Source of the DNA: Octopus vulgaris
Lineage: Eukaryota
DNA: 64,000 nt
NCBI GenBank assembly: GCA_951406725.2
Contig: OX597817.1
Coordinates: forward strand, 33,666,001 to 33,730,000
Direction: 5' to 3'
Numbering within the stretch: position 1 is the stretch's first letter; each line of letters opens with the position of its first letter. The position numbers were made by a program, and so were the translations under genes. Shown piece after piece: positions 42,273 to 55,650 of the stretch. The notes under the pieces were generated by a model, which saw only the letters and a program-made list of their open reading frames with translations, did no database searches and was not told the DNA's origin.

Positions 42273-42708
42273 TAAAGTAGTGAGGTATGGCAAACAATTG
42301 GGCAATCGAGAACAAAGAGATTTAATTTAATTTAATTCAATCTAAAATTTTGCTCCGTAACGAATGGTACAAATATTATAAAATAGTAACGATAGTCTCT
42401 AAGAGCTGTTTCTGGGATATTCCAGCTATTGGAGCAGCCTCCTGGAGACAATGAACCACAACAAATATCATTGATGAGGAATATTTTTCCACTGTCTAAC
42501 CTATATTTCTCTGATGACGGTAAACCCAACTTACCGAGTCATCGCTCGATACGATGCTCCAATAACTGGGGAACCCCAGAAACAGATGTCAGAGACTATC
42601 TTTTCTATTTTGTATTATTTTTACCATTCGTTATATAGATAAACTTTAGATTGAATTAAATGCCTTTGTTCTACATTGCCTAGTTGTTAGCCTTTCCTCA
42701 CTACTTTA
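42273..42708. repeat. Diverged fold-back element: ~160-bp inverted arms around a ~118-bp spacer
   Basis: Left arm taaagtagtgagg...attggagca (42273-42436) versus right arm tgctccaat...cctcactacttta (42555-42708). Confidence 0.8.
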
Positions 42709-42870
42709 GACTCAAAGGGATGCCACCTCTAGCCGTTAATGAACAAGACAATCACATAGCCACAACTTCAACCGCTGTTCTCACTGGGATTTTGGTGACA
42801 TACCTACTGGAGCACTCAGAACGCATACCTATTAGTTTTAGTCATCCTGATGAAAACGCCTCATATCCTC

Positions 42871-42902
<32 letters not shown>

Positions 42903-42982
42903 CATACATACATACATACATACATACATACACATGTATATTTACATACACACACACACTCACACATATATATTTAAACACA

Positions 42983-43018
<36 letters not shown>

Positions 43019-44354
43019 TGATTTAAATTCAAAGTTTGATAGGTTTTCATGTCATAATTTTATCAGTAGTATATGAATCAGGATATAATTAACAGTAGAA
43101 TAATAGGCACATGCGCACGCACACACACAGATACACATACACGCACATTCACACATATAGATACACATACACACTCCTAGGTATGTATGTATGTATGTAT
43201 GTATGTATGTATGTATGTATGTATGTATGTATGTATGTATGTATGTATTTGATAAATTGTATTTGACTGAGTGGCTAACAATCACCACTGAATATGTATT
43301 CAAATATGGTAAAATTTCTTTTGTTCCACTTGAACCATAATATAATATAATTCCTGCAGAATAGAATCAATACAGACTGGGAAATCTCATTTATTCTGTT
43401 CACTGTTTTAGTTTTAGATGCAACAATTGTAAAAAGCTATAGAAATATCGCAAACATTTTTGTATGCAAGTGATGGGATATTGTGGATTGGTTGTCGAAC
43501 TAGTGAACTGAGCATAGAAAATAATCGAACAAACGAGGAAACCTATACTTAGTTGCTGTTCCTGTCAGAAATAGCAGCCAAATTGCTCTCGAATAACTCT
43601 CAATAGTTGTAAAAATTTTGGAGTAACATATTTCGATAATATAGTCTTAAATATCCCTTCCTCCACCAATAAAAGATAGGATGATTACTGCTGGAATTCT
43701 TTAGATAGGTTTGTTGGATGTCAGATTTGACCTCGATCTAAAGAACACATAGCAATAATCTATTTATATTAGTACTTTTTTAAAAAGCAACAGTTTATGC
43801 TTGACTAGTTCAAAAAAAAAAATTATAACTCACTGGGTTTCATTACTCAGAGATGCCATTCGCATGAAAAAACAAAAGCTAAGTTAATGTTAATATATCT
43901 AATGAAGTGAGCATTAAAAATCTAATTAAACATATTTAGTTCAACACATAAATGTATCAGCAACTATCATTGCCTGTGCATATTGATCTTTTCGAATTTT
44001 ATATCTACTACATGGTATACGAAGCAATCACTCTTATCTTTCATAAATTTGGCTATTTACGATGCAAGTATGCAACTATATGAATCAAACGCTAAGAATG
44101 CTGGGAGTCTATATAGTGGTGATCGGCGCCGTCAAAAATCAGTTCATAAAATGTTTAGCTATGAATGAGTTCCTAGGTCGCGGGAAGAGTTGAACATTAA
44201 TGGAATCGAAGATAGTTTAATCGAAACTTCATTGATTAAATAAGTACTTAGTCGACAAGCATTTCTTATATGGTGCCTATTTTAAAAAATCCACCTCCAC
44301 GATAGGAGGCGAACCCTAACATTTAAATCAAGACGAAACCTCCCTTGTCCACAT

Positions 44355-44618
44355 TAAATAAATAAATAAATGCGCCCTTTTAAAGCCTAGCCAGGCTCAT
44401 GGGCCCGGTTTCCCGGTTTCAATGGCGTATGTGTTCCCCAGCTGGACAGGACGCCAGTCCATCGCAGCGTTACTCATTTTTGCCAGCTGAGTGGACTGGA
44501 GCAACGTGAAATGAAGTGTTTTGCTCAAGAACACAACGCGTCGCCCGGTCCAGGAATCGAAACCACAATCTTACGATCATGATGCTGATACCCTAACCAC
44601 TAAGCCACGCGCCTCCAC
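44355..44618 (-). mobile_element. SINE family D, full length, young
   Basis: Intact head and tail; tgtccac repeated on both flanks. Confidence 0.9.
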
Positions 44619-44980
44619 TGTCCACTTAATTTTGCGAACGTTATTAACTGTCTTTTACCGACACAAATCATCACTAGTTAGAGCTACAGCTGACTGAGCC
44701 AATAAGGCTTCCGTCTACTAAACAATAACAGAATGGCAGTTATCTTGTCGCCGGATTACAGACGTTTGCCATGAAATCTGTCGAAAATCTTTAGCTCTTG
44801 GTCGCCTGTATCCTCACTATTTTCTCATTTAAATATTTGAGTTGAGCACTTTTGAATTTACCGTGATCTACCTAGTTAAGAACGTATTTACTGTGATCTA
44901 TCCAGTTAAGAATGTATTTCTAAATCGTTTAACATAGATTAAGAGTAACTCCAAGAAACTGCAACATTGCCAGGTAATAA

Positions 44981-45206
44981 GTAAAATAAATGCGCCCTTT
45001 TAAAGCCTAGCCAGGCTCATGGGCCCGGTTTCCCGGTTTCAATGGCGTATGTGTTCCCCAGCTGGACGGGATGCCAGTCCATCGCAGCGTTACTCATTTT
45101 TGCCAGCTGAGTGGACTGGAGCAACGTGAAATGAAGTGTTTTGCTCAAGAACACAACGCGTCGCCCGGTCCAGGAATCGAAACCACAATCTTACGATCAT
45201 GATGCT
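44981..45206 (-). mobile_element. SINE family D, 5'-truncated, young
   Basis: Almost identical to the 44.4-kb copy; 13-bp TSD ttgccaggtaata. Confidence 0.9.
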
Positions 45207-45527
45207 TTGCCAGGTAATAGGGTCGAGTTAAAAAGGAAAAAGAACTGCATATGTTGCTTCAACTTATTTTATCAACCATAGAAGGCTCGAGCCAACGAAG
45301 GTGCAAAACCGACAAAAGAGTTTCTACAGTGTATAGTCTACACTTTCTCTCGACTAACATTTTTTAATTTTACTCAACAGGGAAGCACCTGGTAGATCGG
45401 TTGAGCTGCTAACGTCAATGACAGAAGACTATATTATGGTTGTTGAAATAACAGCTCTATATCATTGTTAAATTAAAAAGCTTAAATCAGTTCTTCAACC
45501 CATAAGATGTGCAGAAACATCTTATGG

Positions 45528-45779
45528 CTGCCGCCAACGGCGCGTTCGTCGGCAACGACGGCACCTCGGCGGGAAGCAGCGGACTGAGTCCCCTCGCGAT
45601 CGCAATGAGCGGTCCTACCCGTTTACCCCTGGGCGGTTTCACGGTCTCTTGAACTCTCTCTCTTCAAAGTTCTTTTCAACCTTCCCTCGCGGTACTTGTC
45701 GGCTATCGGACTCGTCCCCCATATTTAGCCTTGGATGGAGCTTACCACCCGCTTTGGGCTGCGTTCTCAAGCAACCCGA
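45528..45779 (-). pseudogene. Dispersed 28S rRNA fragment (conserved core between D1 and D2, extending into D2)
   Basis: Minus strand CGGGTTGCTTGAGAACGCAGCCCAAAGCGGGTGGTAAGCTCCATCCAAGGCTAAATA...AAGTACCGCGAGGGAAGGTTGAAAAGAACTTTGAAGAGAG...GTTCAAGAGACCGTGAAACCG is eukaryotic LSU rRNA sequence; isolated, AT-rich flanks. Confidence 0.92.
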
Positions 45780-46464
45780 TTCATTTATTACTTAAAAGAA
45801 ACATTTTAAATGTATATTGTGTCAAATAAGGACACATTACAGTGCTGGGTACAAAATAAGAACCACTGACCTTACAGTGATGACTCGACGATCTATGCTT
45901 TCATGGCAGAAGAGTTCAGTCTATATAATAATATCCAATATAGAGTTGGTTGACGGATTGATTTCTTCAGTTACGCTTTCTATCGTATAGAGAGAGAGGG
46001 AGAAAGAGTAAAATAGACACAGAAAGAGTTAGTGCAAGTTAAGGTTGACAGAAGAACATTGAAATTGACAGGCAGTGGTAAGGGAATGGTAAAGTTGACA
46101 AAAGTTACGTCGTCGAGGAACGCCAAATACATGACACACGCTTATATACATTCCCACTCCCACATACTCTCATACATACGCAATTTTCTGTCCATCACAA
46201 ACACACACGTAATTAAAGTTAGAATAGGATAAACTTGACCAGCTGTTGAGGGCTACGTATGTGCATGTGTGTATGTATACGTGTATGTATACATGTATGT
46301 ATGTTTGTGTATCTCTAATAATAGCCAATATACATGTTGGTTGGTTCGCTGGTTGATTTTTCCAATCACGTTTTACATCGTTGAAAGAAAAGGAGTGAGA
46401 GACATTGAGAGGTACACGATAAATGCGCGTACTAAGCTTAGTGGCAGGCAATGAGTAATTTATT

Positions 46465-47060
46465 TTTAACTACCCACAAGGGGCTAAACACAGAGAGGAC
46501 AAACAAGGGTAGACAAACGGTTTAAGTCGATTACATCGACCTCAGTGCGTAACTGGTACTTAATTTATCGACCCTGAAAGGATGAAAGGCAAAGTCGACC
46601 TCGGCGGAATTTGAACTCAGAACGTAGCGGCAGGCGAAATACCTATTTCTTTATTACCCACAAGAGGCTAAACACAGAGGGGACAAACAAGGACAGACAA
46701 ACGGATTAAGTCGATTACATCGACCCCAGTGCGTAGCTGGTACTTATTTAATCGACCCCGAAAGGATGAAAGGCAAAGTCGACTTCGGCGCAATTTGAAC
46801 TCAGAACGTAGCGACTGACGAAATACCTATTTCTTTACTACCCACAAGGGGCTAAACACAGAGAGGACAAACAAGGACAGACAAACGAATTAAGTCGATT
46901 ACATCGATCCCAGTGCGTAACTGGTACTTAATTTATCGATCCCGAAAGGATGAAAGGCAAAGTCGACCTCGGCAGAATTTGAACTCAGAACGTAACGGCA
47001 GACGAAATACAGCTGAGCATTTCACCCGGTGTGCTAACCATTCTGCCAGCTCACCGCCCT
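46465..47060 (-). mobile_element. SINE family B tandem array (3 units)
   Basis: Unit junctions at ~46640 and ~46825; head at ~47058. Confidence 0.9.
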
Positions 47061-47852
47061 TAATTGCTACAATAATACTAAGACATTTTTGTCAGTGTAG
47101 AAATATCAGACAATATGACGTACGTGCAATAAAAGTATTCTTCCAAACTCACCCATCATATGTCGAGAAATGATTTAACTATTGAATTGGAGACGAACGA
47201 AAGGGGATGCTTCTAACATAGTTATTCGACGTTCTGGAACTAGCAACTAAATTGTTGTATTTCACTCTTATAGGACAACTGTTGAATGTTCGCAACTGCA
47301 AGTTACACAGTTCACTTTTCGAGAACCACGCTGTACCGTTCCTAGTAGCGTTCTTCTCGCGTGATTTCCACGAGGTTGCACGAGACTTCCTTTGGGAGTT
47401 CTATATACATGTCAGGATACCAAATCAGGAACTCATTGCAACTATCACATAAATCTCCTTCAAACTACACCCTATCATCTTAGATTAGTTAATCATTAGT
47501 TAATAGGATTATAAATATAATAGGACTGGAAAAAAATACGAGAAGGACACGCCTTGAATCCTACGAGCATGGGTTTACTTGATCAATGATGACCTGGGTT
47601 AAACAATAACAATTAAAATAGTAGAACAAATAATCCTTTATACGATAGGTAAAAGGCCAGAAATTTGTGGCGAGCAGGAGAGCTGATTATATCGACCCTT
47701 GCGCTCAGCTAGTGCTTATTTCATCGCCCCATAAAAGATAAAAGGCAAAGTCGACCTCGGCGGAATTTGAACTCAGAACATAAAGATTAAGAAGAAATGC
47801 CACTGTACGCTTTCTCTGGCGTTCTAACGATTCTCCCAACTTGCCAACGTAA

Positions 47853-48049
47853 AAAGATACCTTGATGAATTCTTTGCCATGAAACTATCTCAATTCTGGG
47901 AAGAGAGTATTTTCAAGTTAAAGGAAAGATGGAGACGCATTGTGCAACAAAATGGTTCATATTTAGTTGATTAAAAATGTAATGGCAAGTATTTATTGAC
48001 CTATGTCTTTCCTTTAAAAATCGGCACGAACTTTCCGGACAACCCAATA
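47853..48049 (+). mobile_element. Mariner transposon 3' end (transposase C-terminus plus TIR)
   Basis: RYLDEFFAMKLSQFWEESIFKLKERWRRIVQQNGSYLVD* followed by aaaatcggcacgaactttccggacaacccaaTA. Confidence 0.88.
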
Positions 48050-48488
48050 GAAGACACTGTGGATAATCCCAATACCATATGGTTAGGAAGCAAGCTCCTT
48101 AATCACGCAGTCATGCCTGCGCATTGAAGAAAATTAATTTTCTTTCTGATAACCACAAAGAAAACACTATATTTTAAGGCAAGCTGTAATAAAGAGTTGA
48201 AGTATTTGTACTTTTCATACACCATCGCATAGATACAAACTTATGCTTAAACATAAGTAGTCAGACACGTAAAACGCATTAATTAGATCGCAATATTTTG
48301 GAAAAAATTATAGGAAGTTACGACAAGCATGCATTTCTCTAAAGATATTTCACGATATAAGCAATCTGAAATGATTTCAGCTAGTAATTCAAACCACGTT
48401 GCGGAATTCAATATGTCATACTTCAATGAAAGTTGCATCTTTAGATGCTACTTCTAAGAAAGTCGAATAACCTCGTTGAAGCCTAAAC

Positions 48489-48492
48489 TATA

Positions 48493-48528
<36 letters not shown>

Positions 48529-48893
48529 CATATATGTATATATGTATATACCAATCTCTGGTCGAAACATATCTAAGTTTATCTATATGTATATATATGT
48601 ATATATACATGCATATATATATACATATATATACATATATATATATATATATGTGTATATATATGTATATATATATATATATACATACATATATATACAT
48701 ATATATACATACATATATGTATATATGTATATATATGTAAATATATATACATACATATATATATATACATATATATACATACATATATGTATATATGTAT
48801 ATATATGTAAATATATATACATACATATATATATATACATATATATACATACGTATATATATGTATATATATATACATACATTATATATATAC

Positions 48894-48932
<39 letters not shown>

Positions 48933-48946
48933 CATTATATATATAC

Positions 48947-48991
<45 letters not shown>

Positions 48992-49005
48992 CATTATATA
49001 TATAC

Positions 49006-49081
<76 letters not shown>
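48489..49081. repeat. Degenerate (TA)n array followed by (CT)n
   Basis: Direct inspection. Confidence 0.95.
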
Positions 49082-49085
<4 letters not shown>

Positions 49086-49191
49086 ATTTCTTCGATTTCC
49101 TTTCTACTGAAGAGCGTAGGCTCGAAACGTAAAAACTTTCTCACCTTCCCGAGCATCAAGCTAATACTCCTGTTTGTTGTTTATACACCTG

Positions 49192-49223
<32 letters not shown>

Positions 49224-50280
49224 TCTATAGCTTGTTTCAGTCATTGAATCATTGAACTGCAATCATACGGGAGTACCGCCTTGAAAGTTGTTGGTTTTAT
49301 TTTTATTTTTTAATCGATGAATGCGATCCCACTATTTACTTTTCCTCTGGTACTTATTCTTTCGGTTTCTATTTTTCTGATTGGACCGCTAAGCGACGTA
49401 AGCTATGGGGACATAAACAAACCTCCACCGATTGCTAAGCTGTGAGTGGTAAACGCAAACATACATACATACATACATACATACATACATACATACATAC
49501 ATACATACATACATACATACATACATACATACATACATACATACATGCATACGACGAGATTCTACTAAATATTTTCCATCTACCAAATTATATATTTCTA
49601 TAACTTATTTACTGCTCGACCACTTTCCCAAAACGAAATACAGCGGGACTGAACGCAAAACCATGCACACAAATACATACATACAAAGTTGTTCAAATGT
49701 TAAGAATCGAAAGAACTCGTCAAAGTTTTTAGTTTTCATGTAGGGGTTGTTACAATGAGACAATAGTATTTAAAATGTCGAGAATCGTTAATAACAGACG
49801 TTATAGAGTGAATGAAATTAAAATGCAGTATCGCAACTTTCATGCTTTTCCCAAGAACATCTATGTCGTAAATATAATGAAATGACATTCAAATGAAAAT
49901 CGAAATCATATAGTGGACTGTACCGACAGTTATTCTACATCTTATTCTGCAGCGCTCACTGCAATCGTAAATTAATATTCACATCAAATGTCGTAATCGT
50001 CGAAAGCCTCTTATTATCTCCCAATAAAATTAATTCCTTTCTCGGATATAAATTAATGACGCGTCCGAAAGACGCCAATTCTTAAATGATTTTACTATCA
50101 TATAATAATAATTCTTGGGATCTTAGCAAGTTTCCCAATAAATACTCTTTAAGAATGCATCACTGGTAATAACACAGATTAAACGTTATTAATCGCTACA
50201 TGCCTATTAAGATTGATAATAATACGTATAACCGACAAATGGAGAGCATTTTTTGTTCCAAAACCTCAGTATTTCCGCTT

Positions 50281-50318
<38 letters not shown>

Positions 50319-50367
50319 GTGGAGAGACCGCCATCGCGTCGTTTCGTTTCTTTCCTTTCTCCAAGTA

Positions 50368-50408
<41 letters not shown>

Positions 50409-50589
50409 TGTGCTATATGAACACTTAAGGTGGTTTTAGTGCCAGATCCTGGCTGCTATTTTCAGCATGGCGGTATCTCGTAGATACCTTAAGTTATAAT
50501 TTTTATAATAATGATTACCTTTGAAGGTTTTTATTTCCATGCTGGCCACTTGATAAGATCGTTATTTAATTTAAATAAACGATCTTATC

Positions 50590-50747
<158 letters not shown>

Positions 50748-50753
50748 TATATA

Positions 50754-51148
50754 CTAGCAGTATCGCCCGGCGTTGCTCGGGTTTGTAAGGGAAATAGCTA
50801 TATAAGCATTTTTAGAGTTATAACCAAAAAATAGCAAAAAATGCATTAAAAATGGAAAAAAAAATGATGGTAATTTTTTTTTAAATCGTTGACTCATCGT
50901 AGACATTTTTAGAGAGTTACTTCCCTTATATAATAGCGAAAAAATGCATTAAAATGGGAAAAAATGATGGTAATGTTTTTTTTTAATCGTAGACTCATCG
51001 TAGACGCGCGCAAATACCCAGAAGGGCTCGATATGAATCATGACTATAAGATACCCGGTTTTGGTTAAACTGCACCGCAAAATGTGGGAGTAGTTAGGAA
51101 TCTAAATCGTAGGAGACAGACACACAACTTCTCTTTTATATATAAAGA
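50754..51148 (-). mobile_element. Non-autonomous Helitron
   Basis: Minus strand starts TC(tttatatataa), ends with hairpin CCCG-agcaacgc-CGGG then CTAG; A|T insertion site, no TSD. Confidence 0.85.
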
Positions 51149-51548
51149 TATATATATATATATCTTTGAATATGTGTATCTATCGATCTTTGAATATGTA
51201 AACGAAAATAAAAAAAATAATAATCTTCGTTCATTAAAATTTCAGTTGTATCTTGGATGTTTCACAAGAGTATTAAATCAAACTAATATCTAACCGGTAC
51301 TGTATATAAAGATGAAATGCGAAGTTGCTCGGTGGAATTTGAACATGTAAGCGTAACTAGATTCCACAAGTGTTTTTCCCGCTACTCTAATGATTCTGGC
51401 AAATCACCGCACAGGCTGACTTAGAATAAAATAAAATAAAATAAAATAAAATAAAATAAATGCATGTACGCATGCATGTATGTATGTATGTATGTATGTA
51501 TGTATGTATGTATGCGCATATTATGCATCCGTGCGTATGTCTATATAT

Positions 51549-51925
51549 TTACTTTCTTTTGCTTGTTTCAGTCATTTGACTGCGCCCATGCTGGAGCACC
51601 ACCTTTAGTTGAAGAAATCGACGCTAGGACTTATTCTTTGAAAGTCTAGTACTTATTCTGTCAGTCTTTTTTGCCGAACCGCTAGGTTACGGAAACGTAG
51701 ACGCATCAACATCGGTTGTCAAGTACAGACACACACACACATAGACACGCACATATATATATATACGTATGTATACGACAGGCTTCTTTCAGTTTCCGTC
51801 TACCAAATCCACTCACTAGGTTTTGGTCGGCCCGAGGCTGTAGTAGAAGAAACTTGCCCAAGGTACCATGCGGCGGTACTGAACCCTGAACTATGTGGTT
51901 GGGAAGCAAGCTTCTTACCACACCG
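51549..51925 (-). mobile_element. SINE family A, diverged
   Basis: Colinear with the other family A copies. Confidence 0.85.
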
Positions 51926-52353
51926 GCATGTTTATATGTGTGTCTCTGCATGTCCATACGTATGAAGGTATTTTGAATGCGTGCATATTATATATATATA
52001 TAAATATTTTAAATATATTTGAATTATTCCTATAAGGAAAGAGCTGGTTTCTGACAAGGAAAAGAAAACCATTGGTTGAAGTTGGCAACAACAACGAATA
52101 GAAGTTACATGTTGAACTTAGAAAAAGTTTTATTTGTTTTAATTATTTCTCTTAGTAATTGTGTTTGCAGAGTTCGTGTTAGCATTTTGGTATTGCCATT
52201 AAGAGATCTACTAACATAACCAAAGGCATCAGTATAAATGTGAATTTATAAGCTAGGTAAAGAAGCCGAGAGTTTTAAATACCCATAAATATTTTCTTTC
52301 TCATTGGCTTTCAAACAAATATTCACATATGCGAAGCAGCTGTCCTCGATAAC

Positions 52354-52858
52354 TACGAGAAAGTACTGAAAAGTTTCTGGCGTTGTGTAAAGGAAAATAC
52401 AGAAGAATCAGTTAATTATGATTTTATTCAACACTAGCAGTATCGCCCGGCGTCGCTCGGGTTTGTAAGGGAAATAACTATACAAGCATTTTTAGAGAGT
52501 TACTTCCCTTATATAAATCGAGCAAAAAATGCATTAAAAAAACGAAAAAATTATGGTAATTTTTTTTTTTAATCGTAGACTCATCGTAGACGCGCGCTAA
52601 TACTCAGAAGGGCTCGATATGAATCACGACTATAAGATACCCGCTTTTGGTTAAACTGCACCGCAAAATGTGGGAGTAGTTAGGAATCTAAATCGGAGGA
52701 GTTTTATATATAAAGATATTCCTCTCTCAGATTCACACACTTATTGCAGCAGTCCTTCCGTTTTTCTAAGCTATGCAAAAGAACTCGGAAGATAAGGCTT
52801 CCAACCAGACCTCTTGCGGCACCCTTAAAGCCAAGAACTTTTCAGCTCTCCGTCGTGT
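52354..52858. mobile_element. Mariner-type MITE interrupted by a Helitron
   Basis: Imperfect TIRs tacgagaaagtactgaaaagtttctggc / gccaagaacttttcagctctccgtcgt. Confidence 0.65.
52434..52716 (-). mobile_element. Non-autonomous Helitron (shorter relative of 50754-51148)
   Basis: Same TC...hairpin...CTAG ends; inserted at tcaacA|Tattcc with no TSD. Confidence 0.85.
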
Positions 52859-53664
52859 GCATAATATCTATTTTCTTACCAAAAGAACAATATTAGGTAT
52901 CTTTGAATTTGATAGAATTTGGTAATCTTAAGATTTTTATAATGCGGAGAGGGGGTGGGGAATAAATAATAAATGTGTATATTCTGAACACCTACTTCTT
53001 TATTCGTTGATTTAAATTTCAAACTTCCAAATCCACCTCAACTTAACTTTATCTAGAAGTGATTGTCACCCCTATGGTAGCTGACGACCAAGGATACACC
53101 ACATGTACTGGAAATATTTCACTAATATTCCTTGTGCTGAGACACAAGGAATGTATATACTCAACAACAGAAGTGCTTCTATATATTTGTTTCAAGACAA
53201 CATTGTATGTTGTTTTTAACTTCAACAAAATGGTACATTGGAAAGTAGTACCAAAATGACATTTTAGGTCAGATACAGATGATACGCATAATATCTTCAG
53301 AAATGTGACATCATCGACATTTTCGGTTAAGGGCTTCAACTGTTTCTTTTGTATTTTGGTAAAATCATGGGCGATATTATTAACAATTTCAGTGGAAACG
53401 TTGGCTAGAGAAATGTGTTGTGTCACAATAATAGTAAACACATGAAGAAAAAGTTACGTTTCCATTTCTCCAGATCTATTAATTTCGCTAACAAAACAGA
53501 ACTTTGTTCCGGACATCTAATGTCAATAATTGATAAGTATTTAAAATGGCATTCAAAGTTCAAAGTTCAATGGATGCGAAAGGCATTGAGAAACCAAACG
53601 AGGTAATACCTCACAGGGCAACTTCATAATTCATGTTATATTACAACAATTAGAAACGAGGAAA

Positions 53665-54057
53665 TCTATATATATAAAGCTGAAGTTGTCTGTGTATGGC
53701 AGGTTTGGTAGCCTTCAACTAACACTATCTCCTCCGAGACCCTGCGGCGCAAGTTGACCAAAATTGAGAGTATGAGTATGATAGAAGGCTTGCTCTTCTT
53801 TCCGTAGAAGAAAAAATTCAAATCGGACCATGTTAACACCAAAAATTATTTACATCAGAAAGGTGCTTTTTTTCTATGAAAATCCTTATTTTTTACGACT
53901 TTTTGACTGCTGTGTCGCCATTTTACGGTGTATTTCAACCAGGAAAATGTTCACTTAAAGAGAATAACAAGCTACATAATGCAAAATTTTTACTTTTTAA
54001 AAATTCCAATTCTAAAGGGCCGAAACAAACCCGAGCAACGCCGGGCGATACTGCTAG
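53665..54057 (+). mobile_element. Non-autonomous Helitron with a different interior
   Basis: A|TCtatatatataaag ... aaacccgagcaacgccgggcgatactgCTAG|T; 3' end identical to the 50.7-kb copy. Confidence 0.85.
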
Positions 54058-54835
54058 TATATTAAAAATTCTTACTCTACAGCACATTGTAGTAATGGTT
54101 AAAGTATGTGAAGGTTATTAGCTTTTATAACACTTAACGACATGTCTTCATGCTGAATGCGGAACAGACTAGTAGCGATTCGTTTATCGGAGGCAAGAGT
54201 CCTCTTTCGTATCTAAATTTCTGAAGTTTTTATACTTTCACTGCCGTCAAAATTAGCTCAAACAAGTTCTATTTTTAATATTTAATTGGTAAATTTAAAA
54301 CATCAGTTTAAACCAATTGATCCTCATGCTCTTATCATACAACTGTTCTACTGTGCCGTTGACTACATTGGTTTTTAAGATGCATTTACAAAGGAGCATG
54401 ACATTTAATATAATCATTTAGTCTATGTTTAATGTCTGAAGTTCTGTGCCTGCAATTTTGTTACAGCGTAGCGTGACAATATAGCGTGCAAATAATGACA
54501 GAATCGCATGCAAATATCGATGGAATGACTTGCTTATTTATTTATACGAGTATGGTACAATACAGGTATTTTGAAGCTGTTTCCTAACGGTCATGAACCA
54601 AAGGACTCTGTACATCCTGCCAACGTTAACAGCTTCCTCGAGTTTGTGAGAAACACATCTTTAACCTCGTGTATGTGTGTGAGAAAGAGAGAGAGAGAGA
54701 GAGAGATAGAAATAAAGAGAAAGAAAGAGAGAGAGAGATGAAGATAGAGAGAGAAAGAGAGAGAGAGTGCGAAAGTGTTTCTTTACCGATCTTTGCTGAA
54801 ATATTCTAGTCTAATGATTCAGAATGCAAGAGTTA

Positions 54836-54981
54836 TGTGCGCGCGCGCGTGTGTGTGTGCTCGTGTGCGCGGGCGTGTGCGTGTGCGCGGGCGTGTGCGT
54901 GTGCGCGGGCGTGTGCGCGGGCGTGTGCGCGGGCGTGTGCACGGGCGTGTGCGTGTGCGTGCGTGTGTGTGTGTGTGTGTG
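54836..54981. repeat. GC-rich minisatellite (gtgcgcgggcgt variants) within (GT)n
   Basis: 12- and 18-bp units visible. Confidence 0.9.
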
Positions 54982-55228
54982 TTGTAAGCTTTATTTGTGG
55001 ACAAATAACCACTGGATATGCTTCAACTTCTTGGATCAAACCTTCCCCAAATCATGTAAATTAATTTTGAGGGATTAATTCTTAATTCCTTGAAATTATC
55101 TTCCCTTTTCTCTGGAAACTACAAACAAATACCACTCAGTTCTTAACTACTTTCGCCAACAAAGAAGGATGTTTCAATTGAAGAATTCATGCCTGTAACT
55201 CATTTGAGTTATTTCCCTTAGCTTGCTT

Positions 55229-55650
55229 CTCTTTTACTCTTTTACTCTTTTACTTGTTTCAGTCATTTGACTGTGGCCATGCTGGAGCACTGCCTTTAGT
55301 CGAGCAAATCGACCCCGGGACTTATTCTTTGTAAGCCCAGTACTTATTCTATCGGTCTCTTTTGCCGAACCGCTAAGTGACGGGGACGTAAACACACCAA
55401 CATCGGCTGTCAAGCAATGCTAGGGGGACAAACACAGACACACAAACACACACACACATACATATATATATACATATACATATATACGACAGGCTTCTTT
55501 CAGTTTCCGTCTACCAAATCCACTCACAAGGCATTGGTCGGCCCGGGGCTATACCAGAAGACACTTGCCCAAGGTGCCACGCAGTGGGATTGAACCCGGA
55601 ACCATGTGGTTGGTTAGCAAGCTACTTACCGCATAGCCACTCCTGCGCCT
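55229..55650 (-). mobile_element. SINE family A, full length
   Basis: Complete head and (GAGTAAAA)n tail. Confidence 0.92.

Noticed and set aside
45528-45779. Functional rRNA gene
   Set aside because: Only ~250 bp of 28S with no flanking rDNA
53049-53606. Non-repetitive ORFs of 63-130 aa on both strands
   Set aside because: No recognisable domain, stops in the plausible frames and no convincing splice-site pair; possibly an old transposon relic
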